A stretch of DNA of 64,000 bases from assembly GCF_026571515.1 (NCBI RefSeq), contig NW_026858315.1:62001-126000 (forward strand), given 5' to 3'. The translations under genes were made by a program, and so were the position numbers. Shown here piece by piece: positions 26,026 through 38,459 of the stretch. The notes below the pieces were generated by a model. The model searched no databases. It was not told where the DNA came from and was given only the letters and a program-made list of their open reading frames with translations. The first letter of the stretch is position 1, and every line of letters starts with the position of its first letter. The stretch comes from Ruditapes philippinarum. Its lineage: Eukaryota.

Positions 26026-28909
26026 TACCTCGACGTTCAACGTGCAAATAGTTCTTATTGACAGATTATCGAAACTTGATGCAAAAATGTAATACAAAGC
26101 TTGTTTAAAATTATATGAAAAAAAAACAGTATAAAAAGAAAAAAGAAACTTTTAGATATAAGATGAATACTAAAAGACGGTTTGTTGTTTTGCATACTTA
26201 ACATTAAATGTTACTTAATTTTTATAACACCGATTTCAATATAATTATATCAATTTCAGATAATAAAGACGAAAAAATAAACAATTCTTATTTAATTCTT
26301 TGTTTAACTAAGAGTTACAAAATTATATAGTGAATATAGTGACAACGACTCTTTAAATCAAGAAACATACACTGACAGAAAATCCAAAAAAAAATAGGTT
26401 GCAATGTTGTTTTTAATGAATAATCCGGCTAAAAACCAAACACGGATACTATTTTGATACATTAAGCGGAAGTATTGAACAATTGAAAGCAATGTTACGC
26501 CTTATTTATATTTGACAAATTTATGACAAGAAATAAGAAGCACATACTTAGAGAGATTTATAACCATGTTGTCAATGAATACAAATTCTAACAAATAATA
26601 TTAAATTAGAAAATAGTAATACACATAATTCGTTTTCTATGACGTGTTTCATGTATGCGTATATATCAGTCATTTATTTAGTAAGTGGTAGAGCTTTGTG
26701 ATGTGATATTTAAAAAAAATTCTATCAGTTTAAGTTGTTAAAGAGTTTTGTACAGAACAACCATTTTGATAACAAAGGGAACACATCTACACCCTTTTTC
26801 ACGTTTATCTCTAAATAAATACGTATTTATAGTAACAACCTTATTTTTGCATGCTCGGTTTACTGAAATGATAATATGCTGGTTACAGGCTATATAATAG
26901 ATGTTTTCTTAAAGATCTTGTAGAATTGTATATGGTTTTATACCAAAAATATAATGCTCAAATGAAGATTTATTAATATTGTAAGTTCCAAAAAGCATTA
27001 TTTGTAAAGATATAACCTAATTTTATATTTCATGTTAATAAACGGAGGTTCTCAGAATTCTTTTTCCTATAAGGTCTAAGTCAAATTTTTCAATAAGAAA
27101 TGAATTAATGCATATATTTTAATGAATACATATAATGTTGACAAATATTTGCAGTACATATTTTACATATTCTTCGATGTTTGAAAATTGTTTGAGAAGC
27201 ATAATTATATAAATATATATTTCACATAAGTTTGGTAACAAACTAAATTACAACATACAGGATCTTTAAATCAGAAATTATAAAAAATACATCTATTACA
27301 AAATGAAGCTCTTACTTCAGTAAGTTACATGCAACATTTTCTTTGATTTATTGGACTTTTTACATACCCTATTACATGTACATCTGTTTCTTTAAGGAAT
27401 CTATGAGAAGATACACTTTAAATGAGAGTATTGTAGTTTTCATTCTTTATATATGACTGGTATATATGCAAATGTTTTCCGAGTCCAAAACATTATAAAG
27501 CAAATCAAATGCTGATGATGTCAACAGTAACAAAACAGTTTTATTCTTATTATCATGGTAATATACATCACAAGTGTTTCACAATACATATTTCATTAAC
27601 ACCAGGACCTGACCTTATTTAAAAAGATTGGATTTCCCTTGTGTCTTGGGTTTCTTTAAAGGGTTGAGGCATCAGAATTTATCTCTGATCGTAAGAGGCG
27701 ACTAAATGGGTTCGAATAACTGAGGTCTATGCAACTCTAAGCTCAAGCAGATGATGTAGTTTTTACTTTAAGTTTGTAACGCCCGAGGTTAGCCAAACTA
27801 CTTTCCTATTCCTGCGCCAAAAGACCTATACTTTGTTGTGCGCCGTAAATAACCAAACAAAATACATAGATCTGGATAAAAAGGGAGATAATATAATGCA
27901 GGGTCGTACTCTCAGTGCCTGAAAGGGCGGATGGACCCTCATTAAGCCTAGAATACATGCAGTAAAGTCGCCCAAAATTTTGAGATGTAGGCCGGGCTTC
28001 TATCCTTTTACTGTGTTGTTAATAATATCTAAATCATCATTCCTTCTTGCTTAGAGAAGTTTACAAGCTTTCATGTGATATCATGTGAAATGTAATCATT
28101 TAAACATTAAAACTAGGACATTGGTTTGTTTAACTACCCAGCTATTATAAACCGGTGTTATCAGTTATCATTAAGTTATATTTAGATTCCAACGCGGGTA
28201 TACTCATGTGAGATACTACAATATTAATACATCGAAGGATTTTATAAACAGGTAAGTTGTTTACATATTAATGAAATTTCTTGTCATATTTTAACTTATA
28301 TATGTTCATTATCTTAGAAAAGTCATTAATATTGAGATATACTTGTATGGGATATTGCAAACACGTGAACAAAAACGTTTAATTACAGACTTAATAAATG
28401 ATGCCTTGTTTAGATATTTTATATGAGTTGTGGTGCCACATACTGTGTTTATAAGGTATGCCAAATATTAACTGTTCATTATTTCAACGTCTCCTCCGTG
28501 TAATGTTCATAAACGCTTGTATATGTTGTATTTAGCTTATCTGGATAGAAGCAACGCTTATTAACAGGTTGAATATGAGGTATCGCATTGAAGGGTGCAT
28601 TAAATCGCTTGAAATTTCAAAAGTAGAAATGATTCCTCAAAAGTAATTCCTATGCTATCACTTTGACATTTATCATACATGTTATCATGATTTCAATCTT
28701 CGTCTAGAAATAATTCATTCACATAACAGGTGGCAAAATAAGTCGTAATACAATTATATAGTAATCTTTCTTTTTTTTCGAATTTGTCAGGAACTCAACA
28801 TTACCGAGGTAATACATTGTAAACGACATTTAAAACAAAATTATAATGAACTGTTTGATTCTATTTTATATGAAGTCAAGTCAATTTTCATCTTGACTTA
28901 GCATTTAGA

Positions 28910-31900
28910 ATGGCGTTACGTTTGCTGAGCCTTGTGGCGCTATGTGTTGTCACTGTTTATGGACAAACCAAGTACTGCTGCCATCCGGTGACCTGGGAAT
29001 CCGTTAACTTTCTTCATGAAGGACAAGTTGCCTCGGGAACAAAGAAAGCAGTATTTACTGAGGTTCGTTTATACATACTTTTTAATACAGTAAAATTAGA
29101 ATATGTCGGTCGAATGCTGAACATATATAATCATTCTTATTATAACAAATGTTAAATATGCATCAAATATATTTACATTTTGTACTTAATAAATAATATT
29201 CTGCTTTAGCCGGTGATAGGGGATTAAAGACGGTAACACTTACTACTACCGTTCGTGAACAAGCTAAATCAAACCAGGGTCTTTCAAATAGAAATTTTAA
29301 AAGACCCTGATCAAACCGAGCCTTCAATATTCATAACGTTTTGGACGTTCTTTCGGGATACCTTTTTTCTAGCTGTGTCCTTGTCCAATAAAAATCTGAA
29401 TTGCTTTAAACAATTTATAACAATTTGATATCATCACAGGGTACTGAAATGACGTCAGTTGACGGGGACGGACACAGGATAGCTTCACTATCAACACTGA
29501 ATTCTGGAGGATTCAAAGTCAATGTACAGATAGTACAACTCTTTGATAAGGTAAATTACATTACATTAAGTGTAAGGATTCTATGACTCACCGTTTAAGT
29601 GTGTAAACTCGCCAAACTGTGATCATTTCCAGATCTCAGTAGTTCCTCGAAGCAGTTCTTTTGCTCCTGGCCATACGATGCTCATTTGGTTTATATAAGA
29701 TGGGGAAAATGGCAGCCTTTGTAGTATCTACACTTATTTGGTATATAAGACACACGCAAAATAGGAACTTTGTCATAGGTATACTTACTTAGAATCTTTA
29801 AAAACAACACTAAAATGGCGGCCTTTGTATAAACTACACTAATTTGTTATACATGTATATGAGACACTGAAAATGGCGGCCTTTAATTGTCATATTTACA
29901 CTTATTTGGTACATTCTAAGGTAAGGAAAGTGGAGACCTTTATGATAACTTCACATATTTGAAATATTTAAGATGTAGGAAATGGTTAGCTTTTTTAACA
30001 GATACACTTATTTGGTATATATTATATACGGATAACGGTATACTATCACGCTATGCTGTCTAATCGACACTTGGTGTTTACATTTGGTGTTTACAATAGG
30101 GAAATTACGAGCTTTATAATATACCTAATATCTTATTTGGTATTGTGTAAGACACGGAAAAAACAGGCTATAGGTGGTCGTATGAAAAACTACTGGGTAT
30201 TTAAGACAACGAAAATGTCGAGCTTCAGATGGTCGCATCGACACTTATTTGGTATATCAAATATTCGGAAAACGACCAGCTATTTTATGTGATTCAAACC
30301 ATACTTGGTAAGTATGAGACACAGGAAATAAAGATCTACGCTTGATCGTATCGACGATTATTATAATTTTAGTACACAAAAAACTGCCATATAGACACTT
30401 ATAAAACAACATGGTCTTGACTTCGGCGCCTTTTCTGAATGCTTAAGATGTTGTAAGGGCCCATTGTACTTTACTGGGCTTTGTTTTTGTTTGCTGATAT
30501 ACTGTTTTGTACTATTTATTTAATGTTATGTAATGTATTTTATGTGATGAATTGCTACTGCAGGGAGTAATGTACACAGTACAGAGTGGAGAATGCAAGC
30601 AGACACAGTTACCTCCCTGGACGCCAAAATGTGTACCAGGTAAGAAATTAAAAACAGAAATAATAACAAAATGTGTCCCAGGTAAGAAATTAAAAACAGA
30701 AATAGTAATTCAATTTCTATGGCGCATCACACAGATAAACAGAGACATTTTGTTGGACATCGACAGCTGTCTTACTATAAAAAAGTACTTAAATAAAACA
30801 TGAACGTTTGTCAATGATATTTCAGAGTATTTTACGGAAAACATTTTTATGGTGTGTCTATGTCTTTAAAATCTTCTGTTCCACAAGTGTTGTATCCGTT
30901 ATCTATTACTATCATATTTAATAATTATGAAGTTTATCGGACAAATCGATACGGGATATTTTCTTGGTAAGTAACCAATGAACATTAAAATCTCTGGACG
31001 ACTTAAAGATGCTTTTAATATCTTGGTACAGTTTTCAATTTGTTGGGGTCTCAGAATGTAAGAAAGGTACAGGTTGTGAGTTTATATGTATAGTGCCACC
31101 AATGCTTTCCAGCGTTTTAATTGTAGTAAATTGGCTATAAGACTAATTACAACATTGATATTCAATCCAATGTTTATTTTAATTAAACAATTTGAAAAAA
31201 AAAATGAGTTACCTTTACTGGGATTTGAACTCCAGACCTCTCGCTTCCTAAGCGAGCGCGAAAACTCTTCAGCCACGGTGAATTTATATGTGAACGGCCT
31301 GAAGAAAACCATATTATTTTAAATTAGGGCTTGTAACGACTTTAACTGTTGTTTAACACAGATGTAAATAATCCTGGAGCTTACTATAAGCATGTATATT
31401 TATAAAGAATCAAAGGGCTGCAAGTTCTCTGGTATTTTCTGATCTTTGCAATCTAAATCGTACTGTATATCTGTATGTATTTTCCTGTATAAGTTTATTT
31501 TTATGTATTATAATTCATTTTGCAAGGCACCAGAGTTTGATACATACGGAATTCTGCATAACTAGAGTTGCATCAAAAAATCATTTATGTTCATTTTTTA
31601 CGACAGCCACACTTTATCCTTGTATATCATGGCTACTTCCTTAACAAAGACACTTAAAAAAGAATTTAAAAACAAAAATGTTTCCTCGACTGGGATTTGA
31701 ACTCCAGACCTCTCACTCACTAAGCGATATATTCCACTACTCGGTTTGTGTAGTATTCGGTAATCGACATCGCTAAAAATAGTATTTTCATTGATAAAAT
31801 CATATTCATCCGCGTAATTTGTGATTGTGCATTTATTGACAATTCTATAAGCCAACGCTATTTTTAAACTTTGAATGCGTTGTAATTTGTTGGATACTTG

Positions 31901-34073
31901 TAACAAAATAAAAATATTTCTTTCTTTTAAATCGCTAGTTTTAAGCTGTTTTGAGAACTACTTGTTGTTAGGTTTGTCGTAAACTTCTGTGTCAGAGATT
32001 GAATGTCCGCTTTGTATTTACTTATTTTCGATCAGAAAATACAATAAAACAATATTAGAAATCTTCGACCATTCGGGAATTATTTTGCTTGAAAATTAAT
32101 GTGCCTGTCTTTGACCATCTTTACGCAGTGATCTCCCCTGAATTTTTCGGCGTTAGTGTACATATAAAAGGAAGTACCGCTTCAAAAAAGTGGACTACTT
32201 TCGGCATTTGCAATTAACAGCATTAGACTCTGAAATTTCGCTACCATTATGTTTGGTCTGACGACCCAAACAAATAAAAATACTCATTTGCTATATACAT
32301 TAAGCTTTCTTTTGCTGATTTTGTAATGTTGGCAATTTGTATAATTATAGTGATTTAGCATTTTGTATGGAAGCCAAAATACTACTTAGTTTACATTTTG
32401 CTACATTTACAACACATAACTGCAACTTCAGTGCTACTTCTTTAGTTGTTCAACATCTAATATGTTCTTAATCCGTTATAAACACATTACTTTAACACAA
32501 ATTTGACATTTCTAAAGAATTATTAAATAAAAAAGAATATTGATTACTGATGCATAATGTACCTTTAGATATCTTTAATTTGGATGTAAATTCAACAACC
32601 TTTCGACGTTTCAATGACACTATTTGATCTTGTTTTAATACAAGCTTTTCCTTTTTAAAGACAGTGCAACACTTCTAAAACACTCATACTACGGAGTTGG
32701 CGACGATAAAATTGATATAGACATATATGGTATACAGTCCGGGCCTAACACTATATATCTGACAGTATCGTCTGCTGACTGCACGCCCATGTACCAGTCT
32801 GCTTATGGGACGGCCTGAAGGAGGTCAGTATTTACAACATTTTATCACTCTTTTTGGCCATTCTAAATGAGATTAGACTCAAATAAACTTAGACATACTA
32901 CTAAATTGTAAAGAGCATAGCGTATTTTATCAAAAAAGGAAGAATATGAATTAAAATAGATATTACAATATTTCTTATTAAATTTGAAATAATCATCAAT
33001 ATTTGCACACGTGCTACAAGCATGTGAGAATATTTTCAACCATGTTGTTTTCATCGCAAAATTTCATATTTGTAGTAGAAATAATTTCCTTTATTCCCTT
33101 AATGAAGTTAATCTGCTTTTCATCAGAATAGTTTTCTGTGTTGTTTATACCTCACGTAAAACCTTTTACTATATAGCCTTATGTCACGTTTCATGGTGTT
33201 ATTTATCCTGAAAATGAATATCTTTTGCAATGTTCCCCAGGGGCGAGTAATCTATATAGACTGAAGAAAACTTAAAATGTTTTAGTTTCTCTCCCCTGAT
33301 AAAAAATGCAAAGCGGTGAAAAATTACATTCGTAACACATGTCTCTCAAGGACATTTCAAGCAACCCTTGAACTAAAAAGAAACACCCTCGGGGGTTTAA
33401 TGTGTGCTAATATGCACTATCCCCCCTGAAAGACGTGTTATTTTTTAATAATAACATTATATGAACTATATAAAACACTAGTACATGAACATGTGCAGTT
33501 CATCCAAGACACATACATTATACAGACGCTCATTGTTGAGGTAATATCAAAAATATACACAACTTTTCCTCTTTTTCAGTGTCGGGATTGGGCTTTAAAT
33601 CATACACGAATATTACTCTAGGGATCAAGGATAAAACAGTGTTTTTGATTGTGCCAGCAATATGTACCAACGCTACAGTACACCCAACGGTTAAATCTCT
33701 ATTCTTTAATGCAAAGTCTACGTTAATAACCTTAACCTTTGCGAATTATAAATTTATTCTAAGCTCCCGCTTTTTGAGAGAAAAAAACCTTGATTAGTCT
33801 TGCCCACCCATACTCGTTTATGGCAAAAAGGTCAAGGTTCAAAAGGACATTTTTATTTTTATACAAACTATCTCTTTATATATATATATTGCCGTTTATA
33901 AAAAACACACAGAAAAAAATGGTCCTCTCAGTTGTTTTTGTTTGTTGTTGTTGTTTTTTTTTTGTTAATGAACATGGCAAGTTATTCGGGAGCAAAAGTT
34001 ATCATCTTAAGAGATTTTAACTTCGTCAGTTTCTTTCTTTTACAGATGTATGTTCCAAAAACACGGATTGTAA
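28910..34073 (+). CDS. EPDR gene 2 (frameshifted as assembled); exons 28910-29062, 29440-29550, 30564-30639, 32661-32823, 33580-33689, ~34046-34073
   Basis: MALRLL...GQTKYCCHPVTWE, paralogous to gene 3. Exon 4 has one extra base giving TGA at 32816-32818. A non-coding exon ends at donor 28252 after a TATA-like element near 28146. Confidence 0.75.
29700..30400 (+). repeat. Degenerate ~55-60-bp tandem repeat in EPDR2 intron 2
   Basis: Recurrent aaaatggcggccttt...acacttatttggtata.aagacac units. Confidence 0.7.
31200..31285 (-). mobile_element. tRNA-like SINE head (second partial copy ~31680-31730)
   Basis: Minus strand reads ccgtggctgaagag...aggtctggagttcaaatcccag (B box); no complete cloverleaf. 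Confidence 0.5.
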
Positions 34074-34459
34074 CTGACAATAGACAACAGAAACACAGAT
34101 AACAGCTAGCTATTGATGTTTATTGTTATCAAAATGCGAACAGCGAGGTTACCGAACATGTAATTTGACTATAATAATGCTTTTCTGATTTTGTGTTTAT
34201 TGGTTTAAAGTATTAAAAAACTGAAAATAATAATTTTGTGTTTTTTTTTGTCTATTTTGTACGTAGATATAAATATCTGTTGGAATATTTCTTTTACCCA
34301 AAGGTATTCAAATTAATTTATCGTAGTGAATCCGGACAGCCAAATTAATGCTATAATGCTAACAGGAAAAGAAAAATATGTTTTTATGGGTATAAAAAGG
34401 GTTGTCAAGTGGACAAATTTTAGCTAATTTACCCTAAAACCATTGATGAATTTGTTTGT

Positions 34460-34661
34460 CTGGTGGCTGTTTTTGTGCCATGTCGTATATTCGCTTCGCG
34501 GGGGCCAGACGAAAAACACACTAATATGACAAAAGTGTTTCCTTCTGAAAACAAGATAATCAAGATAATGCGACATAGTCACCTCTTTGTCGTATTTCGT
34601 GATTTCGCCTGGCGCTCAGCGGAGCAAAAAATACGACATGGCAAGAAATCAACCCACCATA
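34460..34661. mobile_element. Degenerate MITE ending CCATA (IS3EU-like)
   Basis: tggtggctgtttttgtgccatgtcgtat ... atacgacatggcaagaaatcaacccaccata inverted arms. Confidence 0.55.
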
Positions 34662-35399
34662 GGTATACATTCAATCTGATTTTAAAAACATTAATCAGAA
34701 TAAAAAAACTTACCTACCAACAACGCCGGGTCACAACAGATGGGTAGGCTGGGAAATGGATTAATTACCGAGTTAAAGCACATACTAAACCTACAAAATT
34801 ACTTTACAACTTATTAATATAAACATAAATAATCTTCCTGCAAGACATGTGACCGGAAGATTGCATGATAATGTTATTGAGTGGAGTAGACATGTGTTAT
34901 AGGTTTCTTTTTAACTTAGCACAGTGTCAATTTGATCATAAATGTTTTTTAATACCTGTTTTTTTAAACAAGTCAAAACTAAAAATGGCTTAAAATTAGA
35001 AATAAATGAGTAAGATTTAACCAAAATTCCATATAACATTGTATGTCGATAAGAATAATGACCACATTGTAAAATCGTTTATTTATCAACAAAGAACTTG
35101 CTTTTTGGAAATGCAATGTTGTTTTGTTGTTTTCAAATTGCAATCAGATAATGCAAAAAAAAAAAAACCACACACAATTAAAAACAATAGAAACGGAAAA
35201 AAAAAAAAACAAAGGAAAGGAACGAAAAATTAAATATATATAAAACTCCCCCCCCCCATTTTTTTTTTTTTAGATTCTATCAATACTCGGTTTATTTTTT
35301 ATATCATTTTAACATATACCAGTAACTATAGATCAATTACAAAAGGTGTAAACAGCTTTTAGTATTTTGTGTATTACTATGTTTGTATTTTCTTACAGT

Positions 35400-36550
35400 A
35401 AATATTTGTAATTCCATCATCTATATATGATTGCTCATGTGTAGTTGTAGTTGAATTTTCTGCGGGAAAAGCTTTTGAACATCCGGTTCCTGCCCATTTG
35501 AATGGTTTTTCTCCCAGTATGCAATCTCTCATGCACTACACGTGTATATTTACTATTAAATGACTTGTGACAGTATGTACATTTTAAATCTTTGGTTGTC
35601 ACGGTGATAACGCTGATGCTGAGTAAGTGAAGACCTCCCTTCACAAAACTTCCGGTCCACATGTCTTGCAGGAAAATGGCGTATTTCGGTATGGAAAATT
35701 TTATGTGGGTTAAAAAGGTGGAAAGGAACCCGGGAATTTTTTTGTTAAAAAATTCACAGGAATTTTACAATGCAAATCCCCTTTTATGTTTTAAAAGAAA
35801 AAACCCAAAACAACAATTTTAAAACGGGGACCCAAACCACACTTGGGACATTTTCCCTTGTTGATTGTGAAAATGCTTTGTTTTCCCTATCCCCTGCTTC
35901 CCCTTTGTTTAAATTCCCTTTTTTCAAATCCCAAATTTTAAATCCCCCTTGGGATAAATAATTGCAGATATGATTGTCGCCTTGTGCCATCCGTAAATTG
36001 TCCCCTGTACCAGAAAAGAATTTAACAAGCGTGGCAAAACCAATAAATTACTAAAACCAATGCTGAATCATAGTTATTCAAACGGTCCGCTTTGTCCTAA
36101 CTGGAAATTCTCCGCACTTGTGATAATTTGTTAAACAATAGCCGGCGTCGACGGTTCAGTTGTATTTTAAGATTGCGTTTTGTATCACCAAAGTTAAAAG
36201 CTTCAATTTGAGAACGGAAATGAGGAGTTTATTTCTTATAACATGTACCTGTTTGAATTTTCAAAATCCAATGCTTTTTCCTGAGCATGTATAACCAAAT
36301 TTGATGTTTGAATAAGAAACTGGGACCTTTGTTCTTTTAGACTGGGGACAGCTAATCATTGTCCCTAAATTCAGTCTTTGGGAATCCACTGCCTGCACGT
36401 AAGTCTGTTATGATCCCATCAAAGGCTATCAACATGTTTGGCCGCAAATAATTTTGGTAGAGTTTAGATCTACGGGGCATGTCTTCAGCGGGTCGTTTTT
36501 CCTCCAGCCGCTGGCATAATATGTGACATCAATGCCCTTCCATTTTCCTG
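35400..36550 (-). pseudogene. Degenerate duplicate of the 42430-43374 C2H2 zinc-finger gene (pseudogene or error-rich consensus)
   Basis: KCTYCHKSFNSKYTRVVHERLHTG is nearly identical to the paralog; same start/acceptor context (cttccattttcctg ~36538-36550) and upstream donor (cttacc ~36735); many homopolymer indels. Confidence 0.75.
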
Positions 36551-37912
36551 AAATATCGGAAAAGATTAATTATTCAATATTTATTCAATTAAATTACAAT
36601 TTTCAAATTAGCATATTGAAAACATATTACATATTCATCCATACATTCAATTATTATTGATATTATTAGAGCTTTATTAAAAAAATCAAACCAAAACTGT
36701 AGTTTAAATAAATGAATAACTAAAATTGATTTTTCTTACCTGAAATTTAAAATGGTTTGACAAACAAGTTTATTGCTGTTTCTCGCTAGTGATATTTTCT
36801 TTGCTGATTCCTATTAAGAAATGAAAGATAAAATTTTAAATGATGATTGAATAGGAAAATTTTGCCTATAATAGTTACGATACCAATACAAATTAAGGTA
36901 TAGTTTTAAATTAACTCCAAAATGCGCAAAGGGTAATAAAAATTTGACCACAAGCTACCCTAACACTGACAACGTCCAAAGCCTTTATTTTTTTTCACAA
37001 TACGTTCAAGATTTTGTACGTTGGGCCTTGTAATTAAGTTCACACGGCTTTTGTATATTATATGCATTAGCACCTATACATTGTTTGTAATTCATCGTTA
37101 GGCATTAATAAAACAACAACACTAAAAACAAATATGCTCTGTATATTTTGATTTTTTTGACTAAAACTAAGAATCGATTATTTGTTGTAAGAAAAGATAT
37201 TTTTAGAAATTACCAATGCACATTGTAATGTATCATACAACGTGTAAAGCGAGTGAAGCATGCTACCTGGGTACCCGGTAGTAATGTTACACCCGAGTTA
37301 CAATCTATATTTAGATATAATTGTGTTTTATACTGGCTTGAGGTTGAAATATATGACAAATCTCATGGATGGTAGACAAAATGTTCAGGTATCTTTTTTT
37401 ATAATAATTGCTTAAAATCGAAATAATCTGTATTTAATTTGATAATACATGAAATATTAGACCTCGGCGCTATTTAATTATGTTTACAATTAGTACCTTT
37501 ACATATCGTTATTGCAAGGAGTGTAATAAAAGTAAACTTTTGTTATTTACCTTGTCAAAAATCACGTATTTATATTACATTTTGCATAATTTCGCAAGAT
37601 CAATCTACTCAATATATATATTTATTAAGTGACTTTCATGCAACGATTGTGATGACATCGTTGTATTCAAACTGATACAGTATCGATTGAGTAGTTCAAG
37701 AACAACAGTTTTATAGGTATAAAGCTTTATCCAGGTGCGTAGCTACCTTTACTTGCACTATTTTCATAATTTTACTTCTACTCCTTTAAAACAGTATACA
37801 TGTAATTATAATAAAGTAGTATATATTTTTTTTTGCTTGTACATGGACATTTTGTTAAAAAGCGCATTTGAAGACATACGTAAGTAATCACAGTAATACT
37901 CTAGGCATAAAC

Positions 37913-38293
37913 TACGAAAGACCGGTGGTGACATGTCAACTTCTTGACTTCTCGGGTTCATCTTCACGAATTCACAATTTTTCAACTTTATGAATTCACG
38001 ATTTCAATATTCAGAATTCACGATTCCAAATTTACGAATTCATCTTCGCGAAATCATGTTTTGAAATTCACGATTTCAACTTCATGAGATTGAAATCGTG
38101 AAATATAGAACTTGAATAATGAATTTGAAATTGTGAATTTGTGAAGTTTAAATCGTGAATTCGTGAATTCCATATGTTGAAAACGTGAATTGACGAAGTA
38201 AAATTTGTGAATTTCACTAAGTTAAAATTGTGAATTTCACTAAGTTGAAATCGGGATTTCATGAAGTTGAAATATCCCCACCGGTCTTTCGTA
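37913..38293. mobile_element. MITE with TAC...GTA termini and internal AATTCACGA repeats (IS3EU-like)
   Basis: TIR tacgaaagaccggtgg / ccaccggtctttcgta; internal short repeats flip orientation at the centre; 6-bp flanks only 4/6 identical. Confidence 0.7.
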
Positions 38294-38459
38294 TTAAATT
38301 GCATACTGGTGCGGTAACATGTCACTAACGGTTAAATCATGCTCATTTCCATAGCTCATAAATGTGCTCTATTGACGTTTGTCATATGTTTTGTCAATGT
38401 CAAAATAATTGAAACGGGGTTAATACAATACAAATGTAATAAACTGCATTTATTTCAGA

